In this document: one piece after another, positions 26,985 to 41,957 of the stretch
How the letters are laid out: the number at the start of each line of letters is the position of its first letter
Position numbering within the stretch: position 1 is the stretch's first letter
NCBI GenBank assembly: GCA_050613775.1
Contig: JBODTK010000120.1
Span: 62,001-126,000 of the forward strand
Reading direction: 5' to 3'
DNA length: 64,000 bases
From: Neocallimastix sp. 'constans'
Taxonomy: Eukaryota
Program-made: the position numbers and the translations under genes
The notes under the pieces: model-generated
Database searches by the model: none
What the model saw: only the letters and a program-made list of their open reading frames with translations
Told to the model about the DNA's origin: nothing

Positions 26985-27390
26985 TATTATTCAATTATTT
27001 ATTATTTATTATTTATTACTTATTATTTATTATTTATTATTTATTATTTATTATTTATTATTTATTATTTATTATTTATTACTTATTATTTATTATTTAT
27101 TATTTATTATTTATTATTTATTATTTATTATTTATTATTTATTATTATTTATTATTTATTATTATTTAATATTTAATATTTATTATTTATTATTTATTAT
27201 TTATTATTTAATTATTTATTATTTATTATTTATTATTTATTATTTATTATTTATTATTTATTATTTATTATTTAACTATTTATTATTTATTATTCAATTA
27301 TTTATTATTTATTATTTATTATTCAATTATTTATTAATTATTAATTATTAATTATAAATTATTAATTATTAATTATTAATTATTAATTAT
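26985..27390. repeat. (TTATTTA)n heptamer microsatellite
   Basis: Direct reading; reverse complement of the AATAAAT arrays elsewhere in the window. Confidence 0.9.
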
Positions 27391-27514
27391 TATGTATTAT
27401 ATATATTTTTTAAATTTTATTAAATTTCATTTTAAATTTTATTTGGTATTATATTAAACTTCGTTTTAACCAATGATACTTTTACAACTGAAAGTTTAAC
27501 CACAAAAAAAAAAC

Positions 27515-27545
<31 letters not shown>

Positions 27546-27639
27546 TTTGATTATCCTTAAAAAAAAAAGTAAAAAAAAGGAAAAATGTTTTTTTATTTTT
27601 ATTTTATTTTATAATGATATTTAATTTTATTTTATATTT

Positions 27640-27682
<43 letters not shown>

Positions 27683-28682
27683 CTAAATTTCTAATAAAGC
27701 GAGTTTTTTTTTTTTTTTTTTTTTTTTATCACTTCTCCTTTTTTACTTTCATTATTTTATTCATTTTTTTTTTTTTTTTTTTTTTTTTTGAATTTTTTTT
27801 TTAAATTTTAAATTAATGTAGGAAATTTGTATACAATTGATGTACAATAAGGAATCGCCTTTTTAAACCATTCATAATAATAAAATATTCCTAAATAATA
27901 ATGAAAAACTTTATTATTTAGTAAAATAATAAATTTATAAAAATTAATAAATTATACATTATTTTAATTATCATAGTATTGTTAATTCATTATTTTTATT
28001 CAAAAATACATAGAGTAAAAAACTATATTTAACATAAAAGAAATAGTAAATTGTTAGTTAATTTAAAAAAGTTAATTAGCATTATCAAAATATTATTTTC
28101 CTTTTATTCCTAATAATTAATAATTATAATTTACGATATTATTTATTTAATTTTTTTTTAAAATTTTTTAGACCAAGTTTCAAGTTTAATTGATTTTTTT
28201 TTCTCCTTAACGGTTATTAAAGAAATTAATTTTTTTTTTTTTTAAAAAAAAGTATATAGCTTTGTATATTATAAAATGTGGAATTTAGTATATTATGGTT
28301 AATTTTATATGATATATATATTATCTATTTAAATAAACAAATAAATAGAAAAAAAAAAAGAAGTATTAAAAGTGTTTATGTATTATTATTATTATTATTA
28401 TTTTATTTTTATTTTTTTTTTTTTTTGGAATAAATGATTAAAAAATAAAACTTTTTCATTTTTCATTTTTAAATTATTATATATAGATAATTTTAAATAA
28501 TACTAATTTGTTTTAAAATTAATTTCATTTTAAAATATTATGAATATTCAAAGATATCCTACGTACGTAAATTATTGTAAACCAATGTAATATAAAATGA
28601 AAATATAAATATATATAAAAAAAAGGATAAATATATAAAATAAATGAAAATGGATAATAAATAAAGATGATACATTAAAAAA

Positions 28683-28757
<75 letters not shown>

Positions 28758-29931
28758 AATTATGGATATGTTTTAATTAAAAATAAATAAATGAATAAAT
28801 AAAATTAAGGATATGTTTTAATTAATTTATATAATAAATGTTAATATAAATATAATAGGATATATATATATCTGTATGGTAATGACAATCAATATATTAC
28901 TAATAATAATAAATAAAAAAAAAGTTTAAAGAAATTAAATTATTTTTTATTTTTTTTTTTAAAAAAAAATTAATAATAGTAATTAAATAATAATAATAAT
29001 AAATAAATAAATAATAATATAAAAATAATTATATTAAAATAATTATATTAAAATAATAATATTAAAATAATTATATTAAATAATAATAGAGTAATAATTA
29101 TTTTTTATATTAAAATATTTTTTTAATAAAAATTATTAAAATTATTATTTAAATATACTTTTATTTTATTTTTTTATTTTTTCTTTTTTTTTTTTTTTTT
29201 TTTTTTTTCATTTGACAAATAATTCCAAAAATAAATAAATAAATAAATAAAAGCAATAGAAGTATTTTTTTAAAAAAATAAATAAATAACTTAAAGATAA
29301 AATTTAAGCATTAGAAAAAATAAAAAAGAAAAGATTAAAATCTAAATATATTTTTTTTTAAAAAAAAAAAAAATTGAAAAACTATAATAAATTTAAAATA
29401 AATTTTTAAAGAATCAAATTATTTATTTTTATAGAGTTTATTTAGAAGTATTTTAACGTAAGTTATTCACTATAGATTTAAATCAATATAACCAATTTAA
29501 ATAAAGGATACTGTGATGGAAATATTTGTTTCTATTTAAAACTAGACTATTTTTTTTTCTTTTATGAGTGTGAAATTAAAATAATGAAAATAGGCAAATA
29601 ATAATAAAAGATATATTAAATTTAAAAATAAATAATTATGAATAAAAGAAAGACTTTCTTTATTAATAGAAGTTTTTGAATTTCAAAGTAGTTAAGTACT
29701 TGAAATAAAAAAAAAAAAAAAAATTAAAATTTAATTAAAAGTAGATTATTAATTTGAATTTGAGGTTATTTAATTATTTTAGAAAATGATGAATTAAAAT
29801 AATTTTTATATTATTAAATATTAATATTTTTATATGTTATATCAATAAATACTAATTATAAATTTCTATATTTATTTAATATATATTATTTTTAATACCT
29901 CTTAAAATTTAAATATAAAAATTAATAGAAA

Positions 29932-31159
29932 ATGAATCTTTTTAGATTAGTTGCTGATTTAATGCATTTGATTTCAATCATAATACTTTTGTTGAAGATA
30001 ACCAAGACTAGATCTGCCGCAGGTATATTATAATTAAAAAAAAAAAATTAAGTACATAATAAAAGAAATAAATTTATTGTTATTTTAGATACAATTGTAG
30101 ATGGAATTATAAAGTTATATATATATATATAAATTGGAATATAAATTGGAATAAATTAATTAATATAAATATTTAGAAATGAAAAATGAAATATTATTCA
30201 AACATATTATTAAAGAGAGAATAGAATTATTATTTTTTTTTTTTTTTAATTTTTATTATTTTTCTAAAGTAAATTATAATAAAGTGAAAGATGTATTAAG
30301 TGATATTTATTGTTTTTATTTTAAAAAATAAGGTATTTCATTCAAGTCTCAACTTTTATATGTTGTTGTTTTCTGTACCCGTTATCTTGATTTATTTACC
30401 ACTTTTATTTCATTATATAACACTCTTATGAAGATTTTCTTCATTGCCACTTCTTTCTACATTGTTTACTTAATGAAATTTAAATTCAAGGCTACTTGGG
30501 AACCATCCTTAGATACTTTCAAGATCCAATATTTAATTGTTCCTTGCCTTATTTTAGCATTAATCTTTAACTATGAATTTTCTGTCATGGAAGTAAGTTT
30601 ATTAATATATTTAATTTTAATAGTTTAATATTCAAAGTGTAAAAGAGAAAAAATCCAAATAAAATAAAAATAGAAATAAAAATAAAAATAAAAATGAAAT
30701 TAATTAAAGTAATTAAATATATATTTATTCATTTGGTAAATTCAAATATTAGATTTTATGGACTTTCTCTATATACTTAGAAGCTGTTGCCATTCTTCCA
30801 CAATTATTCCAAATGCAACGTACAGGTGAAGCTGAAACCATTACTAGTCATTATTTATTCGCCTTAGGTGCATACCGTGCCTTATATATTTTAAATTGGA
30901 TCTGGCGTTACTTTGTTGACCATCAAATTTACTGGATTGTTGTTATATCGGGTATTGTTCAAACTGCAATTTATTCTGATTTCTTATATATATATATTAC
31001 CAAGTAAGTATCACATATGTCATATTTATTAATTTATTATAATTATAATTTTAAAGGTTTTTTTATAATTTTATAATAAAATTTATTAAAAAAAATTTTT
31101 TTTATTTCATAATATTTAATAGGGTATTTAAGGGACAAAAATTCTCTCTTCCAGCATAA
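29932..31159 (+). CDS. ERD2: ER lumen protein-retaining (KDEL/HDEL) receptor; exons 29932-30022, 30333-30592, 30753-31003, 31123-31159
   Basis: Spliced product reads [101 protein letters not shown]. All introns are GT-AG and phases are consistent. Confidence 0.97.
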
Positions 31160-31700
31160 ATAAATTTTTAGATAAATTGGCAATTTTACATAATTATGAG
31201 TAAAATTATTTTAATTAAGAAAAAATGGAAAAAATTGCCTTTTTTTTTTTTTTAATTTTTATTAAAAACAATTTTATAAAATTTAATAAGTAAATCTTTG
31301 AAGTTAAGTTAAAAATAAAAAAATAATTTTTTTATACACTTATAATAAAATAATAATAATAAAAAAAAAAAAAAAAAAAAAGAATAAAAATCATAAAAAA
31401 AAAATTTTTTTTTTTCTATTTTTATTTTATTTTTGATTATCATATAATAAAAATTTATTGAGGAATATAAAATAATAAAAGAAGTGAATGAAGATATAAA
31501 ACTAGGATAGTTAATAATAATTAAAATCATTATAATTATAGAAACAAAGAATAAAAATATTTCTATTTTATTATTATTATTTGTTAACTATTATAATGGT
31601 TTAATCAGGAGAAATGAATGAATAAATGTAAAAAAAAAAAAAAAAAAAAAAAAAAGAAAAAATTAAAAATTTAGAAATATTCCTTAAATTGCAAGAAGTA

Positions 31701-31782
31701 GTCACTTTGGCGGAGTGGTTAACGCGGTGGCCTGCTAAGCCATTTCCCTTTGGGAGCGCAGGTTCGAGTCCTGCAGGTGACG
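31701..31782 (+). tRNA. tRNA-Ser (anticodon GCT)
   Basis: Acceptor stem GTCACTT/AGGTGAC with discriminator G; D-loop GGAGTGGTTAA; anticodon arm GTGGC-CTGCTAA-GCCAT; long variable arm TCCC-TTT-GGGA; T-arm GCAGG-TTCGAGT-CCTGC; T-run downstream. Confidence 0.97.
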
Positions 31783-31880
31783 AAATGAAAATTTATTTTT
31801 TAGTTAGCTGGTGTTAATCAGTAAAGCTGTATTTTCGAGCAACTGGATGTTAAATGGTATTAGTTCAAAGCTTGTGATTT

Positions 31881-31937
<57 letters not shown>

Positions 31938-32495
31938 TTTATTGCTATGTCTAAAAAATAAAAAAAATAAAAAATAAACAATAATGATAAAATTACAACG
32001 ATATTAATATGAAATAGTTTTAAATTTAATTTTAATATGTATCTATCATTACTTTTTATATATTTCACTTTAATAAATTTATTATTTTAATCATAATTAT
32101 AAATATATATACATATATAATAATGAAAAAAAGAAATTTATTATTAATAATTAATAATAGTAATTTTTTATATATTCAATTAATCATTCATTGTTTAGTA
32201 TAAAAAAAAAAAAAAAAATAAAAAATGAATATAAAATAAAGTTTAAAATTAAAAATAATTATGGTATCATGATTTGAGTTGAAAATAATTTCTATCAAAA
32301 ATTTTTAATAAAATAAAACAAAAAAAAAAAAAAAAAAAAAGAAGTCTGAAAAGTAGAAAAGGGTGATGTCCGCTAAAACGCTTTCTTGAACTTAAGAGAA
32401 ATATTATCAAGAAGCTCAATTTCCATGAATTTTGTTATGTGAAGAAGAAGAAGAATTATTATTTCTAAGAGATGAATTGAAAGAACTAGTATTTA

Positions 32496-32527
<32 letters not shown>

Positions 32528-33372
32528 CTTTTGCCACATCGAGTTAGAAGTTGATTCTCCAGATAAGAAGAGTTAATTATCATATCGATATTCTATTTTT
32601 TTTTTTTTTTTTTTTTTTTTTATTTTTAATTAATATTTTTAATAATTAAATATATAATACAAGGAAAATGAAAATTCTTTTCCAAGGCTAAAATAAAAGA
32701 AAATAAAAAAATTATTATTAACATTATTATCTTAATAATTTAGTAAAAGATTATGTATATTTTAACTAATAAAATTAATAAGACTTTTAATATTGTAGCA
32801 TAAATAAATACGGGAAGGGGAAAATAATATTAACTACTTTAGAACTAATTGTTATGTCTAATCATATATTTTAATATTATTAAAGTAAAATAATAATAAT
32901 CAAATAGATGCTAAAAAAAAGAAAAAAAAAAAGGAAAAAAAAATAAAAGATCATGAATGATCATAAATTGGACAAAAAAAAAAATTTTTTTTTAAATATG
33001 GTAAAGTAAATTATATATTAAATAAATCAATAAATCAATAAATCAATAAATCAATAAATAAATCAATAAATAAATAAATCAATAAATAAATAAATAAAAA
33101 TTTGTGTATTTTTATAATGGATGATTTAACTTTTTACTCTAAATTTAATTAAAAAATAATATATTATTATAATATAATATATATAGAATATAATAGAATA
33201 ATTAATATTTAAATTTTATATTAGTAATAAAAATTTTTTTTAACAGAAAAAAAAATAAATATATTTCTAATAAATTAATTAATAAATTATTAATTGTATT
33301 ATTATGAATTATTAATAAGTAAAAAAAAAATTTTTTTTTATATTTTTACTAAATTAAATACACAATTTTTCT

Positions 33373-33409
<37 letters not shown>

Positions 33410-34181
33410 CTACTTTAACTTCTTTAAAGGAAAACCGTTTAAATTTTATTATTGATCTAAAATTCAATTTTAAGAATTTATTTTATTAATACTTTTTTTC
33501 TTATATTTTAAATTTATAGAATAATTACTTGTAATTTTATATCTATTATAAAAAATAAAGAAAAAAGGTTAAGATAAATATAATAAACTTAAAATTAATA
33601 ATAATAATAAAAAATAAAAAAAGAGGGAAAAAAAGACATTCTTCAAAAAACAAACAAAAAATCTTTTCTAAGAAAAATAAAAAATAATTTTTTTTTTTTA
33701 TATTTCATCTCTATTAAGTCGTATTAAATATATAAAAGTATATATTATAACAAATATATATAAATATTTATTTTAGAAACATTGTATATAACATTTATTA
33801 ATATATTTTATATTTAATAAAATCAAAAACAAAACAAATAATAAAATATTAATAAAAATTATATATATATTAAAGGTAAATATAAATTCAATTAATTAAA
33901 TAATTAATTAAGGGAATATTTTATAAATGGGAATAAATAAATAAATAAATAAATAAATAGAAAATTACTTTAAAATATGTTTCAAATTTATTTTTTTTTA
34001 TTAAGAAATCATTTTAATACTAGACGAAATTTAATGCTATTTATTTATTTATTTATTTATTATTTTTGTTATGAAATAAATGAAAGTTTATATATATATA
34101 TATATATTATATAAAAATAACAAGTAAATTTTTTTTTTTTTTACTTCTTATTTATTAATATAATTTTAATTAATTAGAAAA

Positions 34182-35274
34182 ATGGCTTCTATGGACGTTG
34201 ATAATACTATTGATGAAAGTTTGTACTCTAGACAACTGTAAACATTTATAAAAATTATATATATATATATAAAATAATAATAAAATATATAAAGATTTTT
34301 TCACAAAAAAAAAAAACATAAATCAAAATTATAATAAACAATTTAATATTCATATATTCTATTCAATTTTTATTATTTCATTATAATATATTAGTTACGT
34401 ACTTGGTCGTGAAGCCATGTTACGTATGAGTCAATCCAATGTTCTTATCATTGGTTTACGTGGTCTTGGTGTTGAAATTGGTAATTTATTTCTTATAATA
34501 ATAATAATAATAATAAAAAATTTCATTTATAATAAGAGTTTTATAAACCAATTTAAAATTAATAAAATTTAAATTTTATTTACAATAATATTTTATATAA
34601 TAATTTTATAATAATATAATATAAAAAATAATATCAAAATTTGAAACTTAAAAAATAATAGCCAAGAATGTTATTCTTGCTGGTGTCAAGTCTGTTACTT
34701 TATATGACCCAGAAATAACTCAATTATCTGATTTATCTTCACAAGTAAGTTTTTATTATTATTATTTTTTTTAAATGTATGAATAAATTGGAATTTTGGA
34801 ATTAATAATTGGTTGTGTTTTGCTATTTGTTTAATTAATTATTATAATTATTATAGTTCTTCTTAACAGAAGAAGATGTTGGTAAGAGAAGAGATGAAGC
34901 TAGTTGCCCACGCCTTAAGGAGTTAAATAATTACGTTCCAGTTTCTGTTTTAGAAGGAGATTTAATGTCAAACATTACTAACTACCAAGTAATAAATTCA
35001 ATTTAATGATTTTTATTATTTCTTTTTCTTATTATATTTATTTATTATTGTTTTTATTTTATACAATAACATGATTTATTATTAGATTTTAAAAAAATAA
35101 AAAAAAAGTATGGAATATTAATTTATGATATGCTTATGTGTATTTTCACTTATTTACTTATTTAAATAGGTTGTTGTTTGTACTAATGTTCCACTTAAAC
35201 AACAAATTGAAATTAACAATATTACTCACCCAAAGGGTATTAAGTTTATTTCAACTCGTATTAATGGTTTATTC

Positions 35275-35318
<44 letters not shown>

Positions 35319-38243
35319 AGTAATATTAAGAAAAAAAAAAAAAAAAAAACTAAAATTATAAATAATTGTAATAATATTTAAATAGTATGGCTTTTAACGA
35401 TTTTGGTGATGTCTTTGAAGTTGTTGATCAAAATGGTGAAGAACCAAAGTCTGGTATGGTTGCAGCCATTACTAAGGTAAATACATTGTTATATTATTAT
35501 CAAAATTTCATTAAATATATATTAATTTCATAAAGATTTTAATTTTACTGTATTATTAAATTTTTATTAATCTATATAATATTGTATAATATTTAAGTCT
35601 GCTGATCAAAGTGTTGTTACTTGTTTAGATGAAACCAGACATAATTTAGAAGATGGTGATTATGTTACTTTCACTGAAATTAAGGGTATGACTGAATTAA
35701 ATGGATGTGAACCAAGAAAGATTTCTGTTTTAGGTCCATACACATTTAGTATTGGTGATACTTCCAATTTATCTGATTATGTTAGTGGTGGTTTATTCCA
35801 TCAAGTTAAACAACCAAAAACCTTAAATTTCGTAAGTTTCTATTATTAATTATAAATAATTATATAATTTAATTTTATATATCAGTTTGATTACATTCAA
35901 TTTAATATTAATTAAATTTATATCATATATATATAATTGATAAATATAAAATTTATTTTATTTTATTTTTTATTAATTTTTTTTTTTTTTTCTATTTTTT
36001 ATTATTTTTTTTTTTATTTTTTATTTTTTATTTAATTTTGTTTAATAATATAGAAAAGCTTAGTTGATTCTATTAAGGAACCAGAAATGTTCATTTCTGA
36101 CTTTGCTAAATTCGATAGACCAGGTCAATTACATGTTGGTTACCAAGCTTTAGATTCATTCGTTGAAAAGAATGGTAGATACCCAGTTCCAAGAAATGAA
36201 AATGATGCTAATGATGTTTTAGCTATTGCTAAGGAAATTAATAGTGCTTCACCAAATCCAGTTGATATTGATGATAAATTAATAAAGGAACTTGCTTACC
36301 AATCTAGAGGTGATCTTTCACCAATGGCTGCCTTATTTGGTGGTTTAGTTGCTCAAGAAGTTTTAAAGGCTATTAGTGGTAAGTTTATGCCAATTTCTCA
36401 ATTTATGTATTTTGATTCTCTTGAATCTCTTCCATCTCAACCACTTACTGAAGAATTATGTGCTCCAATTGGTTCCAGATATGATAACCAAATTGCCGTT
36501 TTCGGTAAAGACTTCCAAGAAAAGATTGAAAATACCAAGGAATTCTTAGTTGGAGCTGGTGCTATTGGTTGTGAAATGTTAAAGAATTGGGCCATGATGG
36601 GTTTAGGTGTTGGTAAGAATGGTTTCATTTACTTAACTGATATGGATAGTATTGAAAAGAGTAACTTAAACAGACAATTTTTATTCCGTCCATGGGATGT
36701 TACTAAGTTAAAGTCTGAAACTGCTGCTAACGCTATTCACAAGATGAATAAGCAAACTATTGGTCATATTAAGTCATACTCTGATCGTGTTGGCGTTGAA
36801 ACTGAAAACATTTTCAATGATGACTTCTGGGAATCCCTTTCTGGTGTTACTAACGCTTTAGATAATGTTGATGCTAGAAAGTATGTCGATCTTAGATGTG
36901 TCTTCTACAGAAAGCCTTTAATTGAATCTGGTACTTTAGGTACTAAGGGTAACACTCAAGTTATTATTCCACACTTAACTGAATCTTACTCTTCATCTCA
37001 AGATCCACCAGAAAAGTCTATCCCAATTTGTACCTTAAAGAACTTCCCTAACGCTATTGAACACACTATTCAATGGGCTCGTGATAAGTTTGAAGAATTA
37101 TTCAAGCAATCTGCTGATAATGTTAATCTTCACTTAACTCAACCAAACTACCTTGACAGTGTTCGTAAGCAAGCTGGTACACAAAAGGATACCATTCAAT
37201 CTATTTACAACTATCTTGTTGCTTGGAAACCAAAGACTTTCCGTGAATGTATTATATGGGCTAGAGAAATCTTCGAAGATTTATACAACAACAGTATTCA
37301 ACAATTATTATTCAACTTCCCAAAAGATTCTGTTACTTCTAGTGGTCAACCATTCTGGTCTGGTCCAAAACGTGCTCCAACTCCAATTGTTTTTGATATG
37401 AACAACAAATTACATATGGATTTCATCATTGCTGCTGCTAACCTTCATGCCTTTAACTACGGTTTAACTGGTGAAACTGATGTTCAAGTTTTCAAGAATG
37501 AACTTGCTACTATTACTGTTAAAAAGTTTGAACCAAAGAAGGGTGTTAAGATTCAAGTTAACGAAAATGAAAACGTTCAAAGCGCTCTTCCAGATGAAAA
37601 GGAAATTGAAGATTTAATTGCAAAGATTCCAAATCCATCTACTTTAGTTGGATACCGTATGAATCCAGCTGAATTCGAAAAGGATGATGATACTAACTTC
37701 CATATTGATTTCATCACCGCTGCTTCTAACCTTCGTGCTACCAATTACGATATTGCTTTAGCCGATCGTTCCAAGACTAAGTTCATTGCTGGTAAGATTA
37801 TTCCAGCTATCGCTACCACTACTGCTTTAGTTACTGGTCTTGACTGTTTAGAATTATATAAGATCATTGATGGTAAGAATAAGCTTGAAGATTATAAGAA
37901 TGGTTTCTTAAATCTTGCCTTACCATTCTTTGGTTTCTCTGAACCAATTGCTGCCCAAAAGATGAAGTACTATGATATTGAATGGACCTTATGGGACCGT
38001 TTCGATATTGAAGGTGATCTCACTCTTCAACAAATCATTGACTTATTCAAAGAAAAGCATGAATTAGAAATTACCATGATGTCTTGTGGTGTTAGTATGT
38101 TATATTCTTCATTTATGCAATCAAAGAAACTTCAAGAAAGACTTAACATGAAGTAAGTTTAAATTACATCTATTTCATATATTCATCTTTTAATTATAAA
38201 AAAAATTTTTTTATTTTTTTATTTTATTATTATTATGTATCAT

Positions 38244-38283
<40 letters not shown>

Positions 38284-38580
38284 ATTTTATTTATATAATT
38301 TGTTTTGTAATATGAATAAATGTATATAAATATAAAATCGAAAAAAAAAAAAATTAAATATTTATATATCATTATTAATAACTTATAATATTTTATAATT
38401 TTTTTTTATTCCAAATTATTTTATTTTTTTAATATTTAAAGGATTTCTACTTTAGTTGAAACTGTTTCTAAGAAACCAATTCCAGATCATGTTAAATCTC
38501 TTGTTTTAGAATTATGTGTTAACGATAAGAACGATGAAGATGTTGAAGTTCCATATGTTCGTTGTGTTATTCGTCCATAA
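34182..38580 (+). CDS. UBA1: Ubiquitin-activating enzyme E1; exons 34182-34237, 34395-34480, 34662-34744, 34857-34988, 35170-35276, 35386-35476, 35598-35831, 36054-38152, 38442-38580
   Basis: [56 protein letters not shown], catalytic [31 protein letters not shown], terminal EDVEVPYVR. Eight GT-AG introns in consistent phase. Confidence 0.98.
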
Positions 38581-39189
38581 ATAAATTTAAATATATAAAT
38601 TGAAATATATATATAAATATATATATATATTTTTTTAAAAAAAAAAAAAACGAAATAATTTTGAGTCAAAATTAACCTCAAATAAATGAAAACAATTTAT
38701 AATAAGAAAAATCAAACAAGTTCATCCTTTAAAAATTTAATAAATTTATATATAATTATTTATAAATATTATTATAAATATACAAGTAAAGTTAACAACA
38801 AAAACTAAAAAAAAAAAAAAAAAAAAATTAATACTTTATAATTCAAATAAAAGTTATAGATATTAATTTTTAATGTATTATACAAAAAAAAAAAAAAAAA
38901 AAAAAATATTGTAAAATTTAAGCTTTTTTTTTTTTTTTTTTTATACTTTTAATTTTTTCTTTCAGCAAATATTAATAAATAAAATAAAATAAAAATAAAA
39001 ATAAAAATAAAATAAAATAAATAAATAAAAAAAAAATTTTTTTTGTATTATTTTTTTATTATTCTTATTAAATATTTAAAATATGCTTTGGTGCTATTGA
39101 TGAAAAGGAAATTAAAATTATTAAAAATAATATATTATAAATAAAAATATTAAATCAATTTTTTTTTTTTTTTTTTTTGTTTTTCAGAT

Positions 39190-40013
39190 AATCAATTCAA
39201 AACCTAATCCATTAAGGAAATGAGGGTTCGTTGCCTATAGGAACTTTTTTTTTTTTTCTTGAATTTATTTATTTCAACTTAAAGAAATTGTTAAAGTTTG
39301 CTAATAAGTGGGCTTGGAATAATGAAATGCAATTTGGTATCAATAAATGTCCAAGTTTAGTAATAGTACGAGGAGGAAGTTTCAAGATTTCTTAAAAAAT
39401 AGTAACCCAAACTTTTTTTTTTTTTTTTTTTATCTTTCCAATCAAGAGTTATCTAAAAATGAATTGCTATACCTATTTAGAGGAATACCGTTTTCAAATA
39501 ATTTGGAATTTAAAACCGATCATATATACAGAGAATGAAATAAATAAAGTTAGAAAAGCACTTTATTCCATAAAAGGATTTCTTAAGAATCCTCATACTC
39601 CTATCCCTCTCTCTTATATAAAGAATGTTATTTTTCAGCTATAGTAGTTGGGCAAGTTTCGTATTATGCATCTCTACTTGGATCGAATAAAGAAAGAATG
39701 AGAAGTTCACGGACACTAGTTAATTCAGGATTATACTGGATTTGAAGGTTTTTCAAATGGGAAATGTAGCTTTATATCCCTTTATTGTATTTCCAAATGA
39801 ACTTAACATTCTTCCTCTTTCTGGTGAATGGTGAAATGTGTGATTGCTCAGGCAAGAGATGATTTTTTTTAAAAAAAAAAAAAAAAAATGGAAAAACTCG
39901 AAATGTATTATCTCTGATTTACTTAGAGAGATATAATATCACGTTGTAGACATCATGCATGGGATAAATGAAAATAAAATTTTTAACCGATATAAATTTG
40001 ATAAATTTTCTAT

Positions 40014-40065
<52 letters not shown>

Positions 40066-40560
40066 AATTGTAAACTTTTATTGGGATAGAGATAATGGCA
40101 GGAAAATCAATCAAAGTTAAGGCTTATAAGAAATATAGATTTGAGAAAAAAAAAAAAAAAACTAGAGATTACCTAATGTTCAACTTCAAATATCCTGAAT
40201 TTAGTATTGGCTTGGCTTTCGATGGGTACTTTATTTCGTGACAGATATGGATATAAATTCGATGCATGGTGTTTGCCAAAGCTGAGTTGCCAAAATGATT
40301 GATTGAAGAAAGACTGTCCAGAAAGGTGTGTCCTCGTTGTTATAGAAAAAAAAAAAAATAGTAATCCTTTATTGGAACATTGGTTTTTTTAAATGCTATT
40401 TTTTTCCAGTGAATTTCGAATGAAATATTATAAGGATTTTGAAATTCTTTCTAAAAAAATTTTATATTATTTCTAAATACTGTCCAATATCAAATAGTAA
40501 TGTAAACACTGTTATCACAAATATGAATAATGTAGAATCAAGTTCTGATTATGATAGTAG
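39190..40560 (+). mobile_element. Decayed non-LTR retrotransposon (LINE-like) ORF2 3' part: end of RT domain through C-terminal Zn finger
   Basis: Fragments KWAWNNEMQFGINKC, NCYTYL-GIPFSNNL, KVRKALYSIKGFLKNP, VSYYASLLGSNK, GYKFDA, CPRCY..LEHWFF-C, interrupted by stops and homopolymer expansions. Confidence 0.8.
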
Positions 40561-40607
40561 TAACGAGGTATATAATATTAATAATAATAACAATAAAAAT
40601 TATAATA

Positions 40608-41400
40608 ATATTGTTAGATTTATGGTTAAAAGAGAAATTGATCGTGATGGTAAAGACCATTTAGGAGAAATAGTATTAATGAAAGCTTGTGATAATAATG
40701 ATGATAGAGAAAATGGTTATTTATCTTATAGAAAATGATACTTATATAAACGCTGTCAATTAATTATAAAAATGAAAGTACTTTAGTATATGCTATTAAA
40801 AAAAAAAAAAAAAAAAAAAATTCTTTTAGAAATGGTTAAAAATTATTAATTGAAAAAAGGAATAAATATTAACTTTAAAGATAGAGATGGAAATAATACC
40901 TTAATCAATCATTGCTTCAATGACAAGTTCCTTAGATATCGTTAAATATTTAATAAGTAAAGGTATCGATATTAAAGCTAAAAATGATAAAGGATTTAAA
41001 CGCATTAATCAAAGCTTGATTTACTAATAAATTTGAAATAGGAAAAATATATAATAAAATGTGGTATATAGATATTAAGGATCAAACAATTTTTGGAGGA
41101 AACGCCTTAATCCTAGGGGCTCATTCCAAAAAAAAATTTTTAGAAATGATTGATTAAGTATTTGGTAGGAAAAGGAATTGAATATTAATCATACTACTAG
41201 AGATGATTGATAATGCTTTATTTGCTCAAAATTTAGATTGGGTTTAATATTTAGTAGAAGAAGGAGTGGATATTAACCGTAGAAATAATTCTAATCAGAG
41301 AACGATAAATTTGGCAAGAACTAAATATAGAAACAAAGAAATTTATGAATATCAAAAAAAGAAGAAATTAAATCCAAAATCAGAAAAATCAAATAAATAG
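40608..41400 (+). pseudogene. Ankyrin-repeat protein pseudogene (about 6-7 repeats)
   Basis: IVRFMVKREIDRDGKDHLGEIVLMKAC, GININFKDRDGNNTLI, LDIVKY-ISKGIDIKAKNDKG, GGNALILGA, YLVEEGVDINRRN, with frameshifts and stops. Confidence 0.85.
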
Positions 41401-41507
41401 TTGAAATTTAAATATAAAGTATTGATTGAATAAAATAAAATAAAATAAATAGATAGAATATAAATGTAAAGTACAGATTGAATAAAATAAAATAAAATAA
41501 AATAAAA

Positions 41508-41550
<43 letters not shown>

Positions 41551-41828
41551 AAAATAATACTATATATATTATATATTTATTATTATTTATTTATAGTTAT
41601 ATTTATTTATATTTATTATTATTATTATTATCATTATTATTATCATCATTATTATTTTTATTATTTTTTTTTTACTTTAAAATAAAAAAGTTAAATATAT
41701 TCATATTTATATTATTATATACACTTATTATATTCACTTTTATTATTTTTAACGTAGGAGTAGTAGTAAAAAGAATTTTTTTAAGAAAAAAATATTTCAT
41801 TTTAAAAAAAAAAACATATTTTCTTTGT

Positions 41829-41861
<33 letters not shown>

Positions 41862-41913
41862 TATTATTATTTACGATTTATTTATTTTACTTATTATGAG
41901 TAGTATTAATTTA

Positions 41914-41957
<44 letters not shown>

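Noticed and set aside
32340..32590. GC-richer fragment with Ser-rich minus-strand translation
   Set aside because: Too short and broken to assign; possibly element debris.
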